64,000 nucleotides of DNA, from contig LVAS01000063.1 in the NCBI GenBank assembly GCA_001603035.1, positions 260,506 through 324,505 on the forward strand, in the 5' to 3' direction. Shown here one piece after another: positions 56,372-64,000 of the stretch. The position numbers were made by a program, and so were the translations under genes. The DNA is from Clostridiales bacterium Firm_13 (GTDB lineage: Bacteria; Bacillota; Clostridia; Saccharofermentanales; Saccharofermentanaceae). Each line of letters opens with the position of its first letter. The first letter of the stretch is position 1. The notes below the pieces were generated by a model, which saw only the letters and a list, made by a program, of their open reading frames with translations, had not been told where the DNA came from and searched no databases.

Positions 56372-57586
56372 TTAAATACGTATGACTTCAACATTAGAAA
56401 TTCCCGCCTGCACGAGTGCCGGGATATCGAGTTTGCTTTCGGCGTGATCCATATCTTTCCGAGTCGGGTGGGTCTTGGGATGCTTGGCGACAAACACCGT
56501 GCAGCAATCCTCATACGGAAGAATGGATGTCTCAAAAGTACCGATTTTGCGAGCTATCGATATCGTATCGTCTTTATCCGTACCGATAAGCGGGCGAAAA
56601 ACAGGAAGCGACGCAACCTCATTCGTCAGTTTCAGCGCTTCTACGGTCTGACTTGCGACCTGGCCTAAACTCTCTCCGGTAATTAGGCACTGCGCGCCTG
56701 CCTTCTCCCCTAACCCTTCGGCGATTTGCATCATGACCCGACGCATCGTAATTGTCAGCATATCCTGCGGGCTATTGTGATAAAGCTCGAGTTGTATTTC
56801 GGTGAAATCAACCACATAGAGATTCATTCGTCCGGCGTAATGGGACACGAGCTTCGCGAGATCGACGACCTTCTCTTTTGCGCGTTCGCTGGTATACGGA
56901 TAAGAGTGAAAATAGACGGCGTCAAGTTGCATTCCGCGGCTCGCCATCATATATCCGGCTACGGGACTGTCAATGCCGCCGGAAAGAAGAAGCATGCCTT
57001 TGCCTGCGGTACCGACAGGAAGACCTCGATGTCCAAGTTTCTTTTCGGAATAGATATACAAATTCTCTCGGACTTCAATATAGACGATGAACTCCGGCTC
57101 GTGAACATCGACGATCAATTCGGGGAAAGCATCGAGAATGCGTCCGCCAATCTCGGTGCATATCTCGGGTGAGTTTAACGGAAACCTTTTATCTCCGCGC
57201 TTTGCTTCTACCTTGAATCGGCGTAAATTCTTCTTTGAAAGAAGTGACCTTACAAACTCGATCGTTTGAGACGCGATTGTTTCAAAATCCCCCGAGAATT
57301 TCCAAACAATACTTGCGGATACGACGCCGAACACCTGCGTAACCGCGTCAAGGACTTGTTCGGCAAGCTCAGGGTTGCGCGCAAATAATGACTCTTCGCC
57401 TTCAACAAGATTCGGCTCGATCCAGAGCCTTGACTGGCTCTGAAATATGCGGAACTTGCCGAACTCGCGCAAGCGATATCCAAGATTCGTGATCAGTTGA
57501 TGCTCGAATTTGCCGCGATTTAAGCCTTTAAGCGCAATTTCACCCATACGTGCAAGAATAACGGTATCGTGTGACAAAGGTTCCAT
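56372..57586 (-). CDS. thiI: tRNA 4-thiouridine synthase / thiazole sulfur carrier ThiI
   Basis: A THUMP domain plus the PP-loop SGGIDSPVA. No C-terminal rhodanese domain. Confidence 0.85.
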   Translation of the reverse strand: MEPLSHDTVILARMGEIALKGLNRGKFEHQLITNLGYRLREFGKFRIFQSQSRLWIEPNLVEGEESLFARNPELAEQVLDAVTQVFGVVSASIVWKFSGDFETIASQTIEFVRSLLSKKNLRRFKVEAKRGDKRFPLNSPEICTEIGGRILDAFPELIVDVHEPEFIVYIEVRENLYIYSEKKLGHRGLPVGTAGKGMLLLSGGIDSPVAGYMMASRGMQLDAVYFHSYPYTSERAKEKVVDLAKLVSHYAGRMNLYVVDFTEIQLELYHNSPQDMLTITMRRVMMQIAEGLGEKAGAQCLITGESLGQVASQTVEALKLTNEVASLPVFRPLIGTDKDDTISIARKIGTFETSILPYEDCCTVFVAKHPKTHPTRKDMDHAESKLDIPALVQAGISNVEVIRI

Positions 57587-58734
57587 TATGTTCCTCTTTT
57601 CAAAGAATACTTCCTATAGATATCCTGAACGGCGGAAAGAAATCTGTCAACCTCGTCCATTTCCGAGAACGGAGAAAAACTAATTCTTATCGCATGCGAC
57701 GCGACCGCGCGGTTATACCCCATCTCAGTCAGAACATAACTGATCTTCTTTTGTTTGGAGGAGCAAGCAGATACAGTCGAGACATAGATCTCCTGTTCCT
57801 CTAACGCATGTAGCATTGTCTCGGATTCGAAGTCCGGAAATGCGACATTCAAAATATACGGAGATGCGAGTTCCGGTGATAACACCTGCACCCCGAGGTC
57901 CGGTAGAACGCGGCGAAGTTTCGCGTTACATGCCGTGATTTTGACGAACGACGCTTCCCTTCCCGCCTCAATAACGCGAAGTGCCTCTGCCATGGCGGCC
58001 GCCAAATATGGGCTCTCCGTCCCTGACCGCAACCCTCTTTGTTGACCGCCGCCGTAAAGAAGCGGGGATAGTCGATTACCCTTTCTAACATAGAGCAACC
58101 CGCTTCCTTTAACCGAATGAATTTTGTGTCCGGAAAAGGACGCAAAATCAATGCCGGAGGAACTCAATGCGATCGGGAGTTTTCCAAGCGATTGAACACA
58201 ATCCATGTGGATTTTCGCAGAACGGATATGCGTGTCGCGCAACATGCAGAGTTCGCGAACCGGAAAAATTGCCCCCGTCTCATTGTTTACGTGCGTAAAA
58301 GCAAATAGCGCCGTATCTGGGCGAATCGCGTTCTGAATATCCGTCATTTGGGGGACGCCATCTTTATTGACAGGAAGATAGGTAACTTCCATACCAAGTC
58401 GCTCGAGTTCCTTCAACGTCTCAAGAGTGGCCTTATGCTCGGTATGCGTCGACAATATGTGTCTTCCGGCTCTCTTATTGGCGTCGAAATAACCGCGGAG
58501 TGCCGTATTGATTGACTCCGTTCCGCAAGAAGTAAAATAGAGTTCATCCGATCGGCAGGAAAGCAGACGGGCGATTGATTCGGAACTTGCGAGAATTGAC
58601 TTCTCCGCCGCAAGTCCTAAGCGATGTAGCGAACCCGGATTGCCGAACCCGTCATCAGAATCGAGAGCGGACGCAATGAGTCGAACAACCGAAGGAAGAG
58701 GTCTTGTCGTCGCACTGTTATCAAAATAGATCAG
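57586..58734 (-). CDS. Cysteine desulfurase (NifS/IscS family), apparently initiated at a non-canonical codon
   Basis: The track shows only the 289 aa downstream of an internal TTG. The frame stays open up to the purB stop codon and encodes (L)IYFDNSATTRPLP...YFTSCGTESINTAL, the conserved N-terminus. FSGHKIHSVKG carries the PLP Lys and VSACSS the catalytic Cys. The only plausible starts are CTG at 58734 or ATT at 58737/58740, behind GGGGGG. Confidence 0.65.
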   Translation of the reverse strand: MIYFDNSATTRPLPSVVRLIASALDSDDGFGNPGSLHRLGLAAEKSILASSESIARLLSCRSDELYFTSCGTESINTALRGYFDANKRAGRHILSTHTEHKATLETLKELERLGMEVTYLPVNKDGVPQMTDIQNAIRPDTALFAFTHVNNETGAIFPVRELCMLRDTHIRSAKIHMDCVQSLGKLPIALSSSGIDFASFSGHKIHSVKGSGLLYVRKGNRLSPLLYGGGQQRGLRSGTESPYLAAAMAEALRVIEAGREASFVKITACNAKLRRVLPDLGVQVLSPELASPYILNVAFPDFESETMLHALEEQEIYVSTVSACSSKQKKISYVLTEMGYNRAVASHAIRISFSPFSEMDEVDRFLSAVQDIYRKYSLKRGT

Positions 58735-58746
58735 AATAATCCCCCC

Positions 58747-60180
58747 TTAGACGGTAAGTTCGGGATCTTCTACCTGAAGGTCTTGCGAATAACGGGCAAG
58801 AATAGGAGACACTTCCTCTCGGAGAAATGTCGTCACCTGCTCCGGGGAGCGTCCGATATAGAGCATTGGATCGAGAAGTCCGGCAAGAGAACTCGCGTCA
58901 AGTCCGAATGCCGAATCATCGGCAATGCGGTTCAACAAATCGTTGGGTTTGCCTTCTTTCTTGACGACGGCACCCGATGCCATCGAATGAACGCGAATCC
59001 TCTCATGCAGATCCTGTCGGTCTCCGCCGCGGGAGACGGCCTCCATCAGAATATTCTCCGTCGCCATGAACGGCAGTTCGTCAAAGATGTGCTTTCGGAT
59101 TACACCGGGATAAACAACGATTCCCGAGACGATATTCCGATAAATCGAAAGAATCGCATCAACCGACAGAAAAGCTTCCGGAATCGAGATCCGTTTGTTG
59201 GCGGAATCGTCCAATGTGCGTTCAAACCACTGCTCGGCCGCGGTCATCGCAGGATTCTGCGCATCGGCAATCACGTATCTGGCAAGCGACGCCATCCGTT
59301 CGGAACGCATCGGGTTCCGCTTATAGGCCATTGCGGAAGAGCCAATCTGCGTCGACTCGAAAGGTTCTTCAATCTCTTTCAGATGTTGAAGCAGACGTAT
59401 GTCATTACTGAACTTATGTGCGCTCTGTGCAATCGAAGATAAGACGTTAAGCACGCGCGAATCAACCTTGCGAGAATATGTCTGCCCGCTTACGCGGTAT
59501 ACCGCAGAGAAACCGACTTTCTCGGCAATTCTCATCTCAAGTGACTCCACTTTATCGTGGTCACCGCGGAAAAGACTTAAGAAACTCGCTTGTGTACCCG
59601 TCGTCCCTTTACATCCGAGAAGACACAGATGTTCGATAACGAATTCCAGCTCATCCAGATCGAAAAGAAGATCCTGTAGCCAAAGTGTCGCGCGCTTTCC
59701 GACAGTGACAAGTTGCGCCGGTTGAAAATGTGTGAATCCCAATGTGGGAAGATCCTTGTATTCGTCCGCAAATTTCGACAGACCGAGAATAACCTTCAGT
59801 AGGCGTTTGCGAATCAGGATCAGCGCATCTCGCATGATGAGAATATCCGTGTTGTCGCCGACATAACAAGACGTTGCCCCGAGGTGAATGATTCCTTTGG
59901 CATGCGGACACTGCTCGCCGTATGCGTGAACATGTGCCATAACGTCATGGCGCACGATCCGTTCCTCTCTGGCGGCGACGTCATAATTAATATCGTCCTG
60001 ATATTTCTTCAGTTCGGAGATCTGTTCGTCAGTGATCGGAAGTCCGAGCTCCTTCTCCGATTCGGCCAAAGCGATCCAAAGCCGCCGCCATGTGCGGAAT
60101 TTGTGATCGGGAGAAAACAGGAACTGCATCTCCTTACTGGCGTACCGGGAATTTAGCGGGCTCTCATAGGTATCCTTCAC
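58747..60180 (-). CDS. purB: Adenylosuccinate lyase
   Basis: SPLNSRYASKEM N-terminus, the fumarate-lyase signature GSSAMAYKRNP, and a C-terminal ADSL domain. Confidence 0.9.
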   Translation of the reverse strand: MKDTYESPLNSRYASKEMQFLFSPDHKFRTWRRLWIALAESEKELGLPITDEQISELKKYQDDINYDVAAREERIVRHDVMAHVHAYGEQCPHAKGIIHLGATSCYVGDNTDILIMRDALILIRKRLLKVILGLSKFADEYKDLPTLGFTHFQPAQLVTVGKRATLWLQDLLFDLDELEFVIEHLCLLGCKGTTGTQASFLSLFRGDHDKVESLEMRIAEKVGFSAVYRVSGQTYSRKVDSRVLNVLSSIAQSAHKFSNDIRLLQHLKEIEEPFESTQIGSSAMAYKRNPMRSERMASLARYVIADAQNPAMTAAEQWFERTLDDSANKRISIPEAFLSVDAILSIYRNIVSGIVVYPGVIRKHIFDELPFMATENILMEAVSRGGDRQDLHERIRVHSMASGAVVKKEGKPNDLLNRIADDSAFGLDASSLAGLLDPMLYIGRSPEQVTTFLREEVSPILARYSQDLQVEDPELTV

Positions 60181-61469
60181 AATGACTCCTCCTCAAGAAG
60201 CTTTTTGACGGCGGAAAGACGAACACAAGTACATAATACACGAATCGCCTTGTCAACGTCATCCATCGAAGGGAAAGTTGGCGCGATACGAATATTGGAA
60301 TCGGTCGGATCCTTTCCGTAAGGATAGGTCGCGCCGGCCGGTGTCAGTGCTACACCGGCGGCCTTGGATAAAGACACAACTTCGGTAGCTGTTCCCGGCA
60401 TGACATAAAGACTGACAAAATACCCGCCCGTCGGCTTATTCCATTGAGCGACGCCGGAAAACGATAATTCTTCATCAAGAATCGCAAGCGTCTTTTCAAA
60501 TTTGGGGCGAATAACGTCAGCCTGCGCGCGCATCACGCGATCAACCGCATCCATATCCGGAAGATATCTTGCATGTCGAAGTTCGTTAACCTTGTCCGGG
60601 CCGATCGATTGAACGGATAGAATCTTCTTGGCATGCGAGAGATTCGTCGCGTTCGCCGCCATGCAGGAGATTCCTGCCCCGGCATATGTCACTTTCGAGG
60701 TTGACGCAAATTCATAAACACGATCCGGATTGCCGGAAACTTCGCAAAGAGACAGGATATCCGGAACTCCCGATTTCTCCGCGTTATACAAATGGTGAAC
60801 AACATACGCGTTATCCCAAAAAATACGGAAGTCAGAAGCCGCTGTCTTCATGGATGCAAGTCTTTTACAAGTCTCCTCCGAAAACACATACCCGTCGGGA
60901 TTGCTGTAAACGGGGATACACCAAATCCCTTTGACATCCGGATCGGATGCGACAATTCTCTCGACGACATCCATATCAGGACCGGTCGGCAGAAGAGGGA
61001 CGGAGATGAGTTCGAAACCCAGTTTTTCCGTAACGAGAAAGTGTCTGTCATACCCGGGAACGGGGCAAAGCCATTTCCTGTTCTTGATTTCGGACCAGGG
61101 ACGCTCCGAATTCGCCTCGCCGAACACAACGGCGCGCATCAATGTATCGAACATCATGTTGAGACTTGAGTTATTGCCGATAATGACATGTTCCGCCGTT
61201 GTACCGAGAATCTCGGCAAACAACTCGCGCGCCTCGATAATGCCGAACGGCACGCCGTAATTACGGCAATCCGATCCGTCTTTGGAACGAACATCCGTCG
61301 TCCCGAGAATTGTCAGCATTTCTTTGGCAAGATCTAATTGCTGAACGCAAGGTTTGCCGCGCGTCATATCGAGGGAAAGATTAAGAGAACGAATCTCATC
61401 ATATTCTTTGGTTAGGCGAGCGAACTCCTGTTGAAGCTGAGACTTGTCAAGATCTGCGTAAGCGTACAT
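60177..61469 (-). CDS. PLP-dependent aminotransferase (fold type I)
   Basis: The FASTSKVTYAGAG block holds the candidate PLP lysine. Length and pattern fit the class I/II aminotransferase fold. Start trimmed to the ATG at 61469 behind AAGGAGGA. Substrate unknown. Confidence 0.65.
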   Translation of the reverse strand: MYAYADLDKSQLQQEFARLTKEYDEIRSLNLSLDMTRGKPCVQQLDLAKEMLTILGTTDVRSKDGSDCRNYGVPFGIIEARELFAEILGTTAEHVIIGNNSSLNMMFDTLMRAVVFGEANSERPWSEIKNRKWLCPVPGYDRHFLVTEKLGFELISVPLLPTGPDMDVVERIVASDPDVKGIWCIPVYSNPDGYVFSEETCKRLASMKTAASDFRIFWDNAYVVHHLYNAEKSGVPDILSLCEVSGNPDRVYEFASTSKVTYAGAGISCMAANATNLSHAKKILSVQSIGPDKVNELRHARYLPDMDAVDRVMRAQADVIRPKFEKTLAILDEELSFSGVAQWNKPTGGYFVSLYVMPGTATEVVSLSKAAGVALTPAGATYPYGKDPTDSNIRIAPTFPSMDDVDKAIRVLCTCVRLSAVKKLLEEESL

Positions 61470-61639
61470 GCCAAATGTCCTCCTTGCAAGAAAGAAAAGT
61501 TTTATTTGCATTCAACGCCAAGATAAAGACAGACTCAAACTGAAATTACAGTTGAAATTCTGGCGAATTCTAAAATATTTCCTCGCGTGAAGCGCATTCA
61601 GTATATCGCAATTTGCATGTCCGACTCAATAGGCTTGCA

Positions 61640-61996
61640 TCAGATCGGCAGAATTTCAATGGAATGAATCGAATGATCCTGCCGATGTATAACCGCGGCA
61701 AACAAGAAAACGGCATCATACCCGTTCCAAGCCGGATTTGCTAGGAAGCGGCGTGCAGTCGCCTCGATTCGGCGCCTCTTTCCTCTTGTTAGTGCTTCTT
61801 TCGCGCCGCCAAAAGGATTGTCTTCGCGCCTACTTTTCACCTCAACAAAATAGAGACGAGGTCCCTTCACAAAAATCAGGTCAATTTCTCCGCAATTGTG
61901 AGAGGAATAATTCTTGCAAACCGGACGCAGACCGAGGCGAATAAGATATTCATGGACAGCTGTCTCGGCTTTGTTCCCCATCTCCTTGTTTGACAT
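61640..61996 (-). CDS. yraN: YraN-family (UPF0102) endonuclease-like protein
   Basis: GNKAETAVHEYL...GEIDLIF...FVEVK is the typical YraN pattern. It sits in the conserved rplS-rbgA-rnhB-yraN order. Start trimmed to the ATG at 61996 behind AAAGGAG. Confidence 0.7.
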   Translation of the reverse strand: MSNKEMGNKAETAVHEYLIRLGLRPVCKNYSSHNCGEIDLIFVKGPRLYFVEVKSRREDNPFGGAKEALTRGKRRRIEATARRFLANPAWNGYDAVFLFAAVIHRQDHSIHSIEILPI

Positions 61997-62083
61997 GTTT
62001 CTACTCCTTTTAGCAAAACGAGTTGCGAGAATAGAATCGCACAAAGAGGATCGATTTATGAAACCTGTTTTCGACAAATGAAC

Positions 62084-62740
62084 TCATCGATCATCCATAT
62101 TCGACAAATGATCGGCAAGATTTTTGAGAAATGACCTTCTATGAATCGGAGTAAGCGAGAGCGCGGCGATTGCCGCATAATGCTCGCGAGTGCCGTAACC
62201 TTTATGCTTCGCAAACCCATACCCCGGGTATTGCCTGTCGTATTCGACAAGAATTCGGTCTCTTGTTACCTTAGCGAGTATGGATGCGGCGGCAATCGAG
62301 TTCGACTGTGCATCCCCTTTAATAATCGGGACGGTGCGAATGCCCGTCCCGCTCAATTGAACGGCATCGATCAAAAGAAGATCGGGTTGGATCGCAAGGT
62401 TTACGACGGCCTGGCGCATTGCTCGCTTGGTCGCCTCAAGGATATTCACTTCATCGATGATATCTGCTTCGACACGGACGACGGCAAAAGCTCTCGCAAA
62501 GCGAGTGATTTGCTCATAAAGCTCTTCTCTCTTCTTTTCAGACAGCTTTTTGGAATCATCCAATCCGAGAATCGGATGTGCCGGATCAAGAATGCACGCG
62601 GCGGCGACCACAGGCCCCGCCAAAGGACCTCTGCCCGCTTCATCGATGCCGGCAACTGCGGAATACCCGTCACGGGCTGCATCCAATTCATAGCGTGAAA
62701 GGCGCAGATATTTGTCATTTTGCGATTCGCGTGTGCTCAT
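62084..62740 (-). CDS. rnhB: Ribonuclease HII
   Basis: AGIDEAGRGPLAGPVV, DSKKLS and the GYPS-type C-terminal blocks. Confidence 0.85.
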   Translation of the reverse strand: MSTRESQNDKYLRLSRYELDAARDGYSAVAGIDEAGRGPLAGPVVAAACILDPAHPILGLDDSKKLSEKKREELYEQITRFARAFAVVRVEADIIDEVNILEATKRAMRQAVVNLAIQPDLLLIDAVQLSGTGIRTVPIIKGDAQSNSIAAASILAKVTRDRILVEYDRQYPGYGFAKHKGYGTREHYAAIAALSLTPIHRRSFLKNLADHLSNMDDR

Positions 62741-63633
62741 GACTCGCCGCCCTGTCCGAGCCTAGGCTTTTCGGGGCGTTCAAGAGTCATCTTCCCAATG
62801 CGTCCGCTCTTAAAATCATCAAGAAAAAGGACCGAAAATCGCTCTTCATCAATGCGACCGCCGGATAGAATGCAGCCGCGATTTTTAGCGGCAAGCAGGA
62901 ATCTTTCATAGGAATCTTCAACATAGCCGGGGGTGCCGGGTAGTGCGAGAAGGTATCTCGCGGAGGTCTCCTTGGGGTAGAGCTTCATGAGGAGATTCAA
63001 TCCGTCATACGCAAACGACGTCATGTCGACAATCTCGGGCTTAACCGCCCCGGTAATCGTAAGACAAATTTGGTTCCGCCTTGAACCGAGATTCGGCCAA
63101 AGTACACCGGGCATGTCCATCAGTTCCATCGATGAATCTGACTTCGCCCATTGGAAACCGCGCGTAACGCCGGGACGATCACCGGTCACGGCAATTTTCC
63201 GATTGCATAGCGCATTGATCAGCGTCGATTTGCCCGAATTGGGAATTCCGACAACCATCGCGCGGATCGGTCGGCCGATTCGCCCGCGGTCATGGGCGCG
63301 TTTCAGAACATCCGCACATAATTCGCGCGATGCGAGTCTTATGCGATCCAGTCCTTTACGATGGGAAGCGTCGGATGGAATCGCGATGATTCCTTGCTCG
63401 CGATACCAAGAAATCCACTCTTCGGTCGCCGAGTCCTCCGCCAAATCTGCCTTATTGAGCACGAGGAGTCGTCGTCTGTTCTGAAGAATAGAATTCAACT
63501 CGGGATTGCGGCTCGAAATCGGAATGCGAGCATCACAGGTCTCGATAACCATGTCGACATTCTTGATTTGCTCCGTCATCGTACGAAGCGCCTTGGTCAT
63601 ATGCCCGGGAAACCAGTTGATCTCAGATGCCAT
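62737..63633 (-). CDS. rbgA: Ribosome biogenesis GTPase A (YlqF/RbgA), circularly permuted GTPase
   Basis: INWFPGHMTKA, LNKADL (G4) preceding GIPNSGKST (G1), and DMPGVLWP. Confidence 0.85.
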   Translation of the reverse strand: MASEINWFPGHMTKALRTMTEQIKNVDMVIETCDARIPISSRNPELNSILQNRRRLLVLNKADLAEDSATEEWISWYREQGIIAIPSDASHRKGLDRIRLASRELCADVLKRAHDRGRIGRPIRAMVVGIPNSGKSTLINALCNRKIAVTGDRPGVTRGFQWAKSDSSMELMDMPGVLWPNLGSRRNQICLTITGAVKPEIVDMTSFAYDGLNLLMKLYPKETSARYLLALPGTPGYVEDSYERFLLAAKNRGCILSGGRIDEERFSVLFLDDFKSGRIGKMTLERPEKPRLGQGGES

Positions 63634-63663
63634 ACGCTCTCCTTCGAATGTGCTGTTTCAATT

Positions 63664-63710
63664 ATACCAAAAAAAGAAAATGCCGCCCGGCTTGATTCCG
63701 AGCGGCATTT
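63664..63710 (-). terminator. Terminator after rplS
   Basis: Minus strand reads AAATGCCGC-TCGGAATCAAGCCGG-GCGGCATTT followed by TCTTTTTTT. Confidence 0.7.
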
Positions 63711-63728
63711 GCGGACAAATTCTTCGGA

Positions 63729-64000
63729 TTAGGAGCGCTTTGCGAGCTTCTCCGTAATCTTGGCCGACTTACCGACACGATCGCGAAGATAATAGAGCTT
63801 CGCTCTTCTGACACGGCCCTTGCGGACAATCTCAATCTTGTCGATCTTGGGGGAATGTACAGGCAGTATACGCTCGACGCCGACTCCGTAGGAGACGCGA
63901 CGAACTGTCATGGTCTCAGAGAGACCGCCGCCCTTTCTTGCAATCACAGAGCCTTCAAAAACTTGAATACGCTCACGTGTGCCTTCCTTGATCTTCAGGT
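63729..64000 (-). CDS. rplS: 50S ribosomal protein L19; the N-terminus lies beyond the window
   Basis: Translation gives ...[63 protein letters not shown]. The frame is open to the window edge. Confidence 0.9.
   Translation of the reverse strand, partial: LKIKEGTRERIQVFEGSVIARKGGGLSETMTVRRVSYGVGVERILPVHSPKIDKIEIVRKGRVRRAKLYYLRDRVGKSAKITEKLAKRS

Overview
This is a 64-kb chromosomal segment from a Firmicutes/Clostridia-type genome. That placement rests on a T-box leader, a PyrR attenuator, a Cheo-type LexA box and the miaB-mutS-mutL-miaA-hfq gene order. Coding is dense, mostly on the minus strand, and mostly housekeeping. Contents in order:
- murD, then a Leu T-box in front of a long-form leuA.
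- lexA, converging on the hfq-miaA-mutL-mutS-miaB block.
- A D-Ala-D-Ala carboxypeptidase and an acyl-CoA ligase.
- A pyrimidine operon, pyrR-pyrB-pyrC-pyrF-carB-pyrK-pyrD, ending in an atypical pyrE-like gene and carrying a PyrR-binding attenuator.
- Four tRNAs: Leu-CAG, Leu-CAA, Tyr-GUA and a CAU tRNA.
- asd, a Xer-type tyrosine recombinase, a DAHP synthase, an M18 aminopeptidase and a HisJ-type phosphatase.
- nifS-nifU, rarA and glyA.
- An aminotransferase-purB-cysteine desulfurase-thiI-AIR-synthase-like operon.
- yraN-rnhB-rbgA-rplS.

The one clearly accessory region is a 13.6-kb carbohydrate locus at 30476-44056. It encodes an RpiR regulator, an ADP-dependent-kinase-family protein, an FGGY kinase, an AlsBAC-like ABC transporter, a PMI-like cupin, a class II ketose-bisphosphate aldolase, a ketose 3-epimerase, RpiB and DhaK/DhaL. 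I read it as an uncharacterised rare-hexose (allose/allulose-like) pathway.

Other points worth a second look:
- A lipoprotein with a MAPR/cytochrome-b5-like domain paired with a 4-TM protein carrying two H-x13-H motifs.
- A divergent Hfq.
- A single-pass membrane protein transcribed divergently from lexA.
- A ~480-bp AT-rich spacer with a consensus promoter splitting the ABC transporter genes.
- A cysteine desulfurase with no canonical start codon.

I saw no CRISPR array, IS element, prophage or recognisable defence system. All calls come from reading the sequence and from motif recall; no database search was run.
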